62,569 nt of DNA from a bacterium. GTDB taxonomy: Bacteria; Calescibacteriota; Calescibacteriia; Calescibacteriales; Calescibacteriaceae. The stretch spans positions 1-62,569 of the forward strand of contig JAUQOU010000007.1 in NCBI GenBank assembly GCA_030550715.1, in the 5' to 3' direction. The translations under genes were made by a program, and so were the position numbers. The notes below the pieces were generated by a model that did no database searches, had not been told where the DNA came from, and was given only the letters and a program-made list of their open reading frames with translations. Below, one piece after another: positions 9,683 to 18,764 of this stretch (positions are counted from its first letter, which is position 1; the number at the start of each line of letters is the position of its first letter).

Positions 9683-10147
9683 CTAGTTGTTTGGAACGGT
9701 TATCTCTATTTCTCTTTCGTTATCTCTTTCCAGCACTCTGATTTTTATGATGATGTAACTTTCGTCTTTATAGTGATTTATATCTAGCTTTTCAGCCCAC
9801 TCGACAAAGATCACATAATCTCCATGACTTATTTTCTCGTATATGTAGTTCAGAATATCTCCTAAATCTTCTTCTCTATCAATCCTGTAAAGGTCAACAT
9901 GGGCGATATTTTTTTCCTCTCCGTAATACTCCTGAATTATTGAGAATGTTGGAGATGTTATTTCATCTTCTGGCACTCCGAAAACTTTTGACACGCCCTT
10001 GACAAAAAGTGTCTTTCCACTTCCAAGCTCACCAAAAAGAAGGAAAAGCTTCTTTTCCCTAAATCTTGAAGCTACTGTTGAAGCTATCTCTTTCGTTTCC
10101 TCAGGAGAGCGAGAGATAAAGGTTAGCTTTTCCACTTTATAGTGCAA
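9683..10147 (-). CDS. tsaE: tRNA threonylcarbamoyladenosine (t6A) biosynthesis ATPase TsaE
   Basis: 'LLFGELGSGKTLFVKGVSKVFGV..EITSPTFSIIQEY......HVDLYRI' is the Walker A plus SPTF plus D(L/F)YR signature of TsaE/YjeE. The start is TTG 10147 or GTG 10135; both overlap the 3' end of the upstream gene. Confidence 0.85.
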   Translation of the reverse strand: MHYKVEKLTFISRSPEETKEIASTVASRFREKKLFLLFGELGSGKTLFVKGVSKVFGVPEDEITSPTFSIIQEYYGEEKNIAHVDLYRIDREEDLGDILNYIYEKISHGDYVIFVEWAEKLDINHYKDESYIIIKIRVLERDNEREIEITVPNN

Positions 10148-10647
10148 CCTACGGGAGGTGTTTCCTGAATTTCTGGTTTCTTGCCTTCAAGCAAGCTCTT
10201 TATAGCGGATTCAAAGTAGTGGTTTTTAACTTTGTTTTCATCTTCCCAGTTATCATCAGGTGCTCCGTGATAGACGAGCTTTCCTTCTGAGTCAAACAGG
10301 AATATTTCGGGAGTTCTCTGAGCTCCGTAAGCTTTTGGGACACTCTGACTCTCATCAAAAAGATAAGGGAATGGATAACCTTTTTCTTCGGCTCTCTTTT
10401 TCATATTCTCAAAGGAATCTTCCGGATACTTTTTCGGATCGTTTGCACAAATAAGGATAAAATCAACCTTATCTTTATATTTTTTCCCGAGCTTTATTAT
10501 TCTATCTTCCCAAGCTTTGACATAAGGACAGTGATTCGCCCAGAATATAATCGCTTTCGGTTTCTTCGGGTCAAATGAAGAAAGAGAATAAACCTTGCCA
10601 TCAACCCCAGGAAGTTTAAAATCAATTATCTTATCTCCTATCTTCAT
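10123..10647 (-). CDS. Thioredoxin-fold (redoxin/AhpC-TSA-like) protein with a single-Cys 'CPYV' site
   Basis: 'F.LPGVDGKVYSLSSF...KAIIFWANHCPYVKAWEDRI...YPFPYLFDESQSVPKAYGAQRTPEIFLFD.EGKLVYHG' is the thioredoxin-like fold pattern. The active site is CPYV rather than CxxC. Confidence 0.7.
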   Translation of the reverse strand: MKIGDKIIDFKLPGVDGKVYSLSSFDPKKPKAIIFWANHCPYVKAWEDRIIKLGKKYKDKVDFILICANDPKKYPEDSFENMKKRAEEKGYPFPYLFDESQSVPKAYGAQRTPEIFLFDSEGKLVYHGAPDDNWEDENKVKNHYFESAIKSLLEGKKPEIQETPPVGCTIKWKS

Positions 10648-10812
10648 AGCAATATATTTTTATGAAGGAGAGATGAAATCTTTGATTTTTCAATTTTTTG
10701 AACTTTCTTTTCAATCCGAAGATGAAGACAAAACTTAAAGAAAAATTAATAAATTCAACATTGATGAGAAATTCAAAATATTGATGAAAAAATTTAGATT
10801 GTGTTTTAGATT

Positions 10813-12483
10813 ATGCCAGCCGAAGTGGGAAAAATAAAAATTTTACCTGAGAAAGTAGCAAACCTGATAGCAGCGGGAGAGGTAGTTGAAAGACCTGCTT
10901 CTGTTGTGAAAGAACTCATAGAAAACTCAATAGATGCTGGAGCGAGAAAAATAGAAGTTTCTGTAAAAGGCAGAGATGAAATTTCGGTTTTTGATGATGG
11001 AGAAGGAATGAGCGAGGGAGATCTGCTTCTATGTTTCCAAAAACACGCAACAAGCAAAATAAGCTCAGAAGAAGACCTGAACTCAATATCAACGTTTGGA
11101 TTCCGCGGAGAAGCTCTGCATGCAATATCTCTTGTATCAAAAATGGTCATAAGAACAAAAAGAGAAAATGATGAAATTGGAACAGAAATAAGTATAGAGG
11201 GAGGAAAACTCAAAAGCATAAAAAAAGTATATATTGATACAGGGACTCATGTCATAGTAAAAGATATTTTCTTCAACACTCCTGCGAGAAAAAAATTTCT
11301 CTCAAAAGAAAATGTTGAGTTCTCATACATCGTAGATGTCTTCTCAAGATTTGCTCTCGCTTTTCCAAATCTATATCTCAAACTGATAAAAGACGGGGAG
11401 ATAGTTTTAAACCTTAAACCGAAAAGAACTCTTTCAGATACAATATCATCTATTTTCGGAAGTGAATCCCTTAAAAAAGATAAGTTTGAACTCCTTCTAT
11501 CCATAGGAGATATAAGTGTAGAAGGAATTATATGGAAAGATAAAGTAGGAGTAGGCAGATGGATATTCGTAAACAAAAGATATGTGAGAGATAAGACGGT
11601 ATTTTCTGCTATATCTAAGTTCAATTTTCTCAAAAGCAGTGATTTCACAATTTTCATAAGCTGTCCCCCAGAATTCTATGATGTAAATGTCAATCCGACT
11701 AAAACAGAGATAAGATGGAGAGCTCCCGCAAAAATAAAAGAGATAATAATAACCGCAATAGAAGAATCTATAAGGCACAGATTCAAAAAAGATTATCTTG
11801 AAGAAAAAAAATATGAGCAAATATCAGGGGCGAAAACACAGTTCACAGAAAAAGATAGTAAAGAAGAAAAAATCTCCCAAACAGAAATCAAACAAAATAA
11901 AAATGAGCAAACCAAAGCCCAAGAAGATGCAAAAATGCTCAAAACCTCACCAAAAATACTCACAATACTCAGGGGAATAATAGCAGTAGTAGAGTGGGAA
12001 GGAGAACTTTACCTCGTTGATATACATGCCTACCATGAAGGAAAAATATACGCATCTTTAAAAGAAAAATTTCAGAACAAAAAGACAGAAAAATTAAGAT
12101 TTGTAACTCCATTTGAAGTGGAAGTCCCAAAAAAAACAGCAGAAATAATAAAAGAAATAAAAAACGAGCTATACGAAATGGGAATAGAAGCTGAGTTTGA
12201 AGAAAATAAAATAATTGTGAAAGCAATACCTTTTTATCTATCAGGAGCCGATCTCAAAGATTTCTTTATAGAGGTGGAGGAAGGATTAGATAACAAGAAG
12301 ATAGAAAAATTTCTTGCCGGGAACTCGTGCAGAACAGCTCTGAGAAAGGGAGACAGAATAAACGTATGGGACGTGTCGGCAATTTTGAGCGACTTTGATG
12401 TGAATCAAAGATGCCCCCACGGGAGACCAGCGGTCATAAAACTTGATATTGATGAAATAGAAGAAAAATTCGGAAGATGCTAA
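10813..12483 (+). CDS. mutL: DNA mismatch repair protein MutL (endonuclease type)
   Basis: GHKL ATPase N-terminus 'IKILPEKVANLIAAGEVVERPASVVKELIENSIDAGA..IEV...G...I.V.DDGEGM'. C-terminal motifs 'DIHAYHE' (DQHAxxE-like), 'SCRTALRKGD' and 'CPHGRP'. Confidence 0.92.
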   Translation: MPAEVGKIKILPEKVANLIAAGEVVERPASVVKELIENSIDAGARKIEVSVKGRDEISVFDDGEGMSEGDLLLCFQKHATSKISSEEDLNSISTFGFRGEALHAISLVSKMVIRTKRENDEIGTEISIEGGKLKSIKKVYIDTGTHVIVKDIFFNTPARKKFLSKENVEFSYIVDVFSRFALAFPNLYLKLIKDGEIVLNLKPKRTLSDTISSIFGSESLKKDKFELLLSIGDISVEGIIWKDKVGVGRWIFVNKRYVRDKTVFSAISKFNFLKSSDFTIFISCPPEFYDVNVNPTKTEIRWRAPAKIKEIIITAIEESIRHRFKKDYLEEKKYEQISGAKTQFTEKDSKEEKISQTEIKQNKNEQTKAQEDAKMLKTSPKILTILRGIIAVVEWEGELYLVDIHAYHEGKIYASLKEKFQNKKTEKLRFVTPFEVEVPKKTAEIIKEIKNELYEMGIEAEFEENKIIVKAIPFYLSGADLKDFFIEVEEGLDNKKIEKFLAGNSCRTALRKGDRINVWDVSAILSDFDVNQRCPHGRPAVIKLDIDEIEEKFGRC

Positions 12484-12513
12484 AAAAGTTTCTACCTTAA
12501 AACAGAAAAAGGT

Positions 12514-13689
12514 CTACGATCTCTGGTCGATTGGCACATAGTTAATTTCTTCTGGACCCGTGTATATTATTCTTGGTCTGAAAATCCTGTTATCTTTTAG
12601 CTGTTCAAGAATATGAGCAAGCCATCCGACTATTCTTCCCGTAGCAAAAATAGGAGTAAACATTCTTGGCTCTATACCAAGATAACTCATCACTATTCCC
12701 GAGAAGAAATCAACATTTGGATAAATTCCTTTTTGCCCCATATTCTCTATCATAAACTTTTCTATTCTTTTGCCTATTTCAAGCCAGTGTTTCACTCTGC
12801 TATTTTTTTCTGCGAGTTTTTCTGCTATTGATTTCAAAATAGCAGCGCGAGGGTCATAGTTTTTATACACCCTGTGCCCAAATCCCGGGATCTTCTCCTT
12901 CCTTGATAACTTTGATCTAACATATTGTTCTACATTAGAAGGGTCTTTTATCTCGCTCAGCATGTTCATAACATCTTCATTAGCTCCACCGTGCAGAGGT
13001 CCTTTCAAGCTTCCTATCGCAGCAACAACAGCAGAATATATATCTGTAAAAGAAGATACGACAACCCTTGCTGAGAAGGTAGAGGCGTTTATTTCATGCT
13101 CGGCGTGCAGAATAAGTATTATATCAAATATCCTCTCTTCTTCTTCTGATGGTTTTTGACCTTTATACATCCACAACCAATTTGCAGACATAGAAACATC
13201 TTCAAGGGGATGAACCGGTTCAAGCCCTTTTATAACTCTTCCTATTGAAGCTGTTATAGTGTGCAACTTTGATATAAGACGAAGCGCCTTTATGTAGTTC
13301 AAATTGTCTGTGTTGATTTCGGCTTCCTCATCAAAAATAGAAAGATAATCAACAGCTAACCTCAAAATAGCCATAGGATGGACTCCATATCTTGCAGAGC
13401 TCCTGATAATTGAATAAACCTCAGACGGAACCTCTCTGTAAGAGTAAAGAAGTTTTTTGAAATCCCTCAGCTCTCTTTCGGTTGGGAGCCTATCGTGAAG
13501 CAAGAGAAAACAGACCTCTTCATAAGTAGAATTTTCGGCAAGTTGCTCTATTGGTATTCCCACATAAGCCAAATAACCTCTTTCACCATCTATGAAACAT
13601 TTTTTAGATTCACCTATTATCACCCCTTCAAGGCCCTTTGAATATGAAGGTTTTCCATCTTTACCTGACTTTTCAGAAACATAAGACAT
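12514..13689 (-). CDS. gltA: Citrate synthase (small, about 390-aa type)
   Basis: 'GLEGVIIGES', 'LILHAEHEINASTF', 'GPLHGGANE' and 'IPGFGHRVYKNYDPRA' are canonical citrate synthase motifs. Confidence 0.92.
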   Translation of the reverse strand: MSYVSEKSGKDGKPSYSKGLEGVIIGESKKCFIDGERGYLAYVGIPIEQLAENSTYEEVCFLLLHDRLPTERELRDFKKLLYSYREVPSEVYSIIRSSARYGVHPMAILRLAVDYLSIFDEEAEINTDNLNYIKALRLISKLHTITASIGRVIKGLEPVHPLEDVSMSANWLWMYKGQKPSEEEERIFDIILILHAEHEINASTFSARVVVSSFTDIYSAVVAAIGSLKGPLHGGANEDVMNMLSEIKDPSNVEQYVRSKLSRKEKIPGFGHRVYKNYDPRAAILKSIAEKLAEKNSRVKHWLEIGKRIEKFMIENMGQKGIYPNVDFFSGIVMSYLGIEPRMFTPIFATGRIVGWLAHILEQLKDNRIFRPRIIYTGPEEINYVPIDQRS

Positions 13690-13761
13690 AAAGATTTTCT
13701 CCTCCTTCCTGCGAAAATTTTATCTCTTATTTGGACAAGTTTAAAAATAAACAGGAAAGTT

Positions 13762-15786
13762 TCAATTTTCTGTGGCATATTTAAAAACCTTACATCCGAA
13801 AACATCATCAAGGTTGATCTCATCTCCGAGAAGTTTTGAGTATTCAAGATAGTAAGAAAGAGCTCTCATAGTGTAAAAACGTGTCTGCCTGTAAGGTATA
13901 TTTTCAAGGAATAGCTCTGGATTTGAACAGATTATATCTTTCATGTCCTCTTGCCATTTTTTAACTGCATTGGGTCCGGCATTATATGCAGCTACTGCGA
14001 GCATATAAGAGCCAAGCATATTTTTGAGCTTCCAGATGTAGTAAGTACCAGCTTTTATATTTATTTCTGGCTCAAATAAAAAATCCTGCACAAAAGGAAT
14101 TTTCATCTCATAGAAAACCTCTCTTGCTGTTGGTGAGATTATCTGCATAACTCCGATAGCACGAGAAGGAGAGATTGCAATAGGATTAAAATGCGACTCT
14201 ATGAGAGCTATTGAAAATATGAGCGCTCGCGGAACTTTATACATAGATGATGCTTTTGATACCTCCCTGACGAATGATACAGGAAGAGGAGAATAAACTG
14301 AAAAAGTAGAGCGAAAATCAGCTTGTGGGAGAAAATATCTGAAAAATCCTCTTAATTTCAACCAAGAAATCTCCTCCTTTGTAAAAGAAAGAGAATTCAA
14401 GATTGAATTTATCAGACCATAAGCCAAAGATGAATCAGAAAGATAAATTTTCAAAAAATATAACTCCTCTGCCCTTCTTGATGGTGGTGGGAAATCAATA
14501 TTTTCTATATCAATTTTTCCTGAATCATCAAACCTCAGATTAGAAAAACCCTCTTTATACTTATCTATGAGAAATAAAAAGCCCTCTGGCTTATATGATA
14601 TTTTGAAATTAAAAATGTGATGTAGAATGTATCTTGCCCTGTTTTTTATGTCTTCGTAAGGAGATTGAGATGCCGAAAGAAGTAGTTTTTGCGATTCGGT
14701 GTGCATTTTTTGCTTCTCCTCATCATTTTGAATCGTAAGACCTCTCAGGTATTTTTCTACTGCAAGCTTTACCGCAAGGTCTCCAGCCAACCTTTCAGAA
14801 GAGAATAATTCAATGTATTTACGAGCAAAACTCTCAAATCTCTCCGCATCTGGGTATTTTTTTCTCGCATAAGAAAAAAGCAAAATAACATAAAGTTTTT
14901 CAAGATTTTCTTTTTTTCTTTCTTTATCAATGATACTTTCAGCGTATGATATAGCTTTCTCGTACTCTCCCAGTCCAAAATAAGCTCTGGCAATTTTCAG
15001 CTTATCATCCGTCCATATCAAAACATCTCTATACATTCCCCTCTGAAAAAGTGCATCTACAATCTTTTCTCTGTGATTTGGGTCAAGAGATTCTTTCAAA
15101 CTTTTACCGTATAACCTCTGCGAGAAATCCTCTGCTCTTTTGATTCTATCCTGATAATAAGGAATAAAATCACGGGGGTCTATCAAACTATCTACGTACG
15201 CATAAAGAAAAAGTTTTGCTCTTTCTTTGAGCTTTTCACTTTCATGCATTCTCCCTCTTTCTCTGAGGAATATGATTTTTCTTTCAAGACATGTGAGAGC
15301 GAGTTCAAGAAATTCTGGAATATGCAATTTAGGTAGAACGAAATTTTCACTTTCAAATCTCTCACATATTTTCTGCTCTTTGCCCATCTGGAAAGCTATG
15401 TAAGCGAGGAGTTGCAAAACAAGGTCGTAAAAAACAAAATAGCTTGTTATAGATGTAAGATATTTTTCAGCTTCGGAAAAGTTGCCGAGCATGATGTAGG
15501 CTCTTCCGATATAATACTTTGCCCAATCCCTAAAATATGTATCTAATCCACTTTCCAGAAGGAAAATAGCTCTATCATAGAGCTTATAGTCAGCAAGAAG
15601 TTTGAGGCCATAAGCGAATTTAGCGATATTGACTTCATTTTCTTTTGGCTCTCTTTCTATTATTTTCCCCAAAGCGCTTCCGGGACCGAACCAAAACCGA
15701 AAGGAAAAAGCAGTTAGGAGAACGAATTTCAAAATAAGATTTTTGAAAACTCCTTTCAGCAAACGCATAAAAGAAATTTTATACAT
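13762..15786 (-). CDS. Soluble lytic murein transglycosylase (Slt family) with long helical/TPR-like N-terminal region
   Basis: C-terminal SLT catalytic domain 'ALIESHFNPIAISPSRAIGVMQIISPTAREV' and 'AAYNAGPNAVKKW'. N-terminal signal-like segment and superhelical repeats. Confidence 0.8.
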   Translation of the reverse strand: MYKISFMRLLKGVFKNLILKFVLLTAFSFRFWFGPGSALGKIIEREPKENEVNIAKFAYGLKLLADYKLYDRAIFLLESGLDTYFRDWAKYYIGRAYIMLGNFSEAEKYLTSITSYFVFYDLVLQLLAYIAFQMGKEQKICERFESENFVLPKLHIPEFLELALTCLERKIIFLRERGRMHESEKLKERAKLFLYAYVDSLIDPRDFIPYYQDRIKRAEDFSQRLYGKSLKESLDPNHREKIVDALFQRGMYRDVLIWTDDKLKIARAYFGLGEYEKAISYAESIIDKERKKENLEKLYVILLFSYARKKYPDAERFESFARKYIELFSSERLAGDLAVKLAVEKYLRGLTIQNDEEKQKMHTESQKLLLSASQSPYEDIKNRARYILHHIFNFKISYKPEGFLFLIDKYKEGFSNLRFDDSGKIDIENIDFPPPSRRAEELYFLKIYLSDSSLAYGLINSILNSLSFTKEEISWLKLRGFFRYFLPQADFRSTFSVYSPLPVSFVREVSKASSMYKVPRALIFSIALIESHFNPIAISPSRAIGVMQIISPTAREVFYEMKIPFVQDFLFEPEINIKAGTYYIWKLKNMLGSYMLAVAAYNAGPNAVKKWQEDMKDIICSNPELFLENIPYRQTRFYTMRALSYYLEYSKLLGDEINLDDVFGCKVFKYATEN

Positions 15787-15913
15787 TTGACAGAAAATGA
15801 ATAATTTGAGACACTGCTCATTCCTTAAAATTTTCTTTCCCCTAAATTCTTATCTTTTATATCTGTTAAAAATATAGATTAAAATTCTTTAAAATATCGG
15901 GGAGGTAAAAAAT

Positions 15914-16498
15914 ATGAAAGAGAGGAGAAAAAGAGTTCCGAAAGATGAAAGAAGAAGAAAAATCCTTGAGCTATCAAAGAAAGTATTTGCAAAGTATGGA
16001 TTCAGAAAGACGATAATGGAAGACATAGCGCACGAAATAGGATTTACAGCGGCAGCAATATACTACTACTTTGATTCAAAAGAAGAACTTTTCAGAGAAG
16101 CGATTTCAGACGAAATAGGAAAAGTAATTTCAAAGATTGAAGAAGAGATAAAGAATTTTCAGTCCCCCCGAGAAAAGCTCATAAAAATGATAGAGATAAA
16201 AGTTGAAGGAACGAGAGAACTTATAAAGATGTTCGGAATATCAGATGAGATAGTCGGAGAGCTCAAAAGCGAGATAGACAGGTTAGGATTAAAAGAGCTT
16301 GCTTCAAGAGAATACAAGGTAATAGAAGAAATAATAAAAGAAGGGATTGAGAAAGGAGTTTTCAGAGAAGTAGATATAAGAAAAGCTGCATTTGTGATAA
16401 ATGTTATAACGAAAGAGCTTGCGTCAAGACAGTATAAGAAAAAAGAAATAGAAGACATAGTTGATATAATCTTGAAAGGATTGGAGAAAAGTTCTTGA
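15914..16498 (+). CDS. TetR/AcrR family transcriptional regulator
   Basis: N-terminal HTH 'RRKILELSKKVFAKYGFRKTIMEDIAHEIGFTAAAIYYYFDSKEELF'. Confidence 0.85.
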   Translation: MKERRKRVPKDERRRKILELSKKVFAKYGFRKTIMEDIAHEIGFTAAAIYYYFDSKEELFREAISDEIGKVISKIEEEIKNFQSPREKLIKMIEIKVEGTRELIKMFGISDEIVGELKSEIDRLGLKELASREYKVIEEIIKEGIEKGVFREVDIRKAAFVINVITKELASRQYKKKEIEDIVDIILKGLEKSS

Positions 16499-16508
16499 AA
16501 CTCATCCT

Positions 16509-16943
16509 TTGAATATGCCAGCACCAAAAACACCGCTCATTTCAGCAGACGCAATAGTTGAGCATCAAAATTCATTAGTTCTTATAGAGAGAAAAAACCC
16601 CCCTTATGGATTAGCTCTGCCCGGAGGATTTATTGAAATAGGAGAAGATGTGAAAACCGCAGTTTTAAGAGAACTGAAAGAAGAAACGGGACTTGATGCA
16701 AAAGTAAAAGCAATGCTCGGAGTATACTCCGATCCGAAAAGAGACCCAAGAGGTCATGTGATAACTCTTGTCTTTATATGCGAATCAGAAGACATATCCA
16801 AACTAAAAGGGGGAGATGATGCCAAAAGAGCTTTCCTGATAGAGATAGAAAAAATACCATTTGAAAAGCTCGTCTTTGACCACTCACAGATAATAAAAGA
16901 TTACCTTGAATGGAAAAAGAATCCAAAAGTTTTTGTAAGATGA
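16509..16943 (+). CDS. NUDIX hydrolase
   Basis: Nudix box 'LPGGFIEIGEDVKTAVLRELKEETGL'. The track start is TTG 16509; an ATG follows at 16515. Confidence 0.85.
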   Translation: MNMPAPKTPLISADAIVEHQNSLVLIERKNPPYGLALPGGFIEIGEDVKTAVLRELKEETGLDAKVKAMLGVYSDPKRDPRGHVITLVFICESEDISKLKGGDDAKRAFLIEIEKIPFEKLVFDHSQIIKDYLEWKKNPKVFVR

Positions 16944-16949
16944 GTTTCT

Positions 16950-17295
16950 GATGCTTTGTCCAATAAGCTTTATAGACCCCCATCTGACCCCAGTATATCC
17001 TTTTGTCTTTAACTCCACCACACCCATCTCTTACACCACCCCAGCACTCATAAGCATATTCATTATACCTACCTCAAATATAAACTCCTTCTTCATGTTT
17101 TCAAACTTCCTACTCACCAAACCATCGCTCAAAACAAGCTCCACCACCTTCTTACTCTTCAAGGTCTAAGAAATAGGTATATAGTCTTCCTTTCTTCTTT
17201 CCTTGTCTTTCTCCTCTACGGGTGAAAGGCGGGCTTATGAGTATCTCACCTCTTTTTACAAGCATTTGGTTATACTCACTCCAATCCCTGCTCAT
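16950..17295 (-). mobile_element. Probable IS5/IS4-superfamily transposase N-terminal relic (pseudogene)
   Basis: Reverse strand from ATG 17295 gives 'MSRDWSEYNQMLVKRGEILISPPFTRRGERQGKKKGRLYTYFLDLEE*'. This resembles the conserved IS5-family N-terminus (..W.(A/E)YN..LV.RG.(I/L)......G+.GRP..Y.D..I). Downstream frames are broken. The + strand here looks C-rich relative to its surroundings (by eye). Confidence 0.4.
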
Positions 17296-17363
17296 AAGAA
17301 TATTATATGCTTATTGGGGCTTGTTGGAAAAAGCAATTTCTGATTTCAAAGATACTCCGGAAA

Positions 17364-17930
17364 CTATTTTTTTGACTTCATGCTTTCAAGATATTTTCTA
17401 AAACCGATTTTTTCTATCAAAGATGCTTTCTCTTTCACCTCGCTATTTACTTTTTTCATAAAATCAACAATTTTTTGTTCTATTTCTGGATACTTTATTG
17501 AGAGGATTCTCAAAGCAAGCAAAGCGGCGTTTTTAGCGTTGTTTATGGCAACAGTAGCAACCGGGACACCCGCAGGCATCTGAACTATTGAAAGAAGAGA
17601 ATCAAATCCACCAAGAGAAGATGTTTTTATTGGGACTCCTATTACGGGGAGATGAGTTATTGAAGCGACCATTCCTGGCAGATGCGCAGCTCCACCAGCA
17701 CCCGCTATAATAACCTCTATACCTCTTTCCCTCGCACTTTTCGCATACTCAAACATTCTATCAGGTGTCCTATGTGCGGAAACTATTGTGAATTCATACG
17801 GTATCCCGAAACTTTCAAGAACTTCTGCCGCATCTTTCATCACTTCTATATCTGAATCGCTTCCCATTATTATACCAACAAGAACATCTCTCCCTCCAAA
17901 AATATCTCCCTTTTTCCTCTTACTCCCCAT
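17364..17930 (-). CDS. purE: N5-carboxyaminoimidazole ribonucleotide mutase / AIR carboxylase PurE
   Basis: '[14 protein letters not shown]', '[13 protein letters not shown]', '[25 protein letters not shown]' and '[16 protein letters not shown]'. I prefer ATG 17930 over the track's TTG 17942. Confidence 0.92.
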   Translation of the reverse strand: MGSKRKKGDIFGGRDVLVGIIMGSDSDIEVMKDAAEVLESFGIPYEFTIVSAHRTPDRMFEYAKSARERGIEVIIAGAGGAAHLPGMVASITHLPVIGVPIKTSSLGGFDSLLSIVQMPAGVPVATVAINNAKNAALLALRILSIKYPEIEQKIVDFMKKVNSEVKEKASLIEKIGFRKYLESMKSKK

Positions 17931-17999
17931 CTTTACCAGCAAAAATAAATCTTCTGAAAGAAAATGTTTGACAAATATCTTTCTTGTGGAAAGAAATCT

Positions 18000-18665
18000 T
18001 TATTTTTGCTCCTTCTTGTTTTTACCCTTCCCCTTATCTTTTTTCCTATCCCGATCTTCTTCATCTCCTTCAAAAAGAAAGAAATTTCCTATATCTGAAA
18101 AAAGTTTTTTTATATCTTCTGGCTCCTTGATTATAGCAGAAGGAACAAGGAGATTACTGAATTCTTCGTTTTTTTCCTCGTTTTGGTCTGTTTGCTCGGA
18201 ATTTGAACTTCTAAATTTTTTCAGCGCCTTATTATTTAACCTTCCAGTAGCCAACCTTATGAAAAAATCAACAAACAGGTCTTGAACTTTTTTCTCATTG
18301 CTAAGCTCATCTGTAAGATATGTTATATTCAAGACCATCTTCTCGTGTCTATCAAGGTAATTTCTTAGCTCCTCATTAACACCTGAAAGTATATCAACAA
18401 CTCTGTTGTAATCTGGTTTTCCCGAAATTATCATCTGAACGACTTCTCTCAACGAGTTAAGAGAGAGATTAACTATTTTATCTGTTGCTTTTATAAACAT
18501 GCGAAAGTCGTTGAAAAGGTCTCTTATAGCCCAAAAATAATCTTCAAGGTATTCTATCTTATAAGGTTCTGGCGATTTTTTAGAGCTTTTTTCTGCGCCC
18601 TTCTCGTTATCTTTCTTATCCTCTGTTTCTTCCTCTGATTTTTCTCCCTTATCTTTTTTTGACAT
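18000..18665 (-). CDS. Hypothetical protein with highly charged K/E/D-rich N- and C-terminal tails and a helical core
   Basis: ORF with composition typical of real genes here. The overlapping + ORF 17788..18285 is an S/F-rich shadow. No family recognised. Confidence 0.5.
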   Translation of the reverse strand: MSKKDKGEKSEEETEDKKDNEKGAEKSSKKSPEPYKIEYLEDYFWAIRDLFNDFRMFIKATDKIVNLSLNSLREVVQMIISGKPDYNRVVDILSGVNEELRNYLDRHEKMVLNITYLTDELSNEKKVQDLFVDFFIRLATGRLNNKALKKFRSSNSEQTDQNEEKNEEFSNLLVPSAIIKEPEDIKKLFSDIGNFFLFEGDEEDRDRKKDKGKGKNKKEQK

Positions 18666-18764
18666 ATCAAAAATTTATGTATAAAAATAATAAAAGTCAA
18701 AAAAATTGAAAAACGAAGCGGTAAAAAATTTAAAATAAAAACAAACAAAATTAAAATAAAAATT

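Noticed and set aside
16951-17169. 72-aa + strand ORF after the Nudix gene.
   Set aside because: P/T/S/F-rich low-complexity translation. The region is better explained as the antisense of an IS5-like transposase relic.
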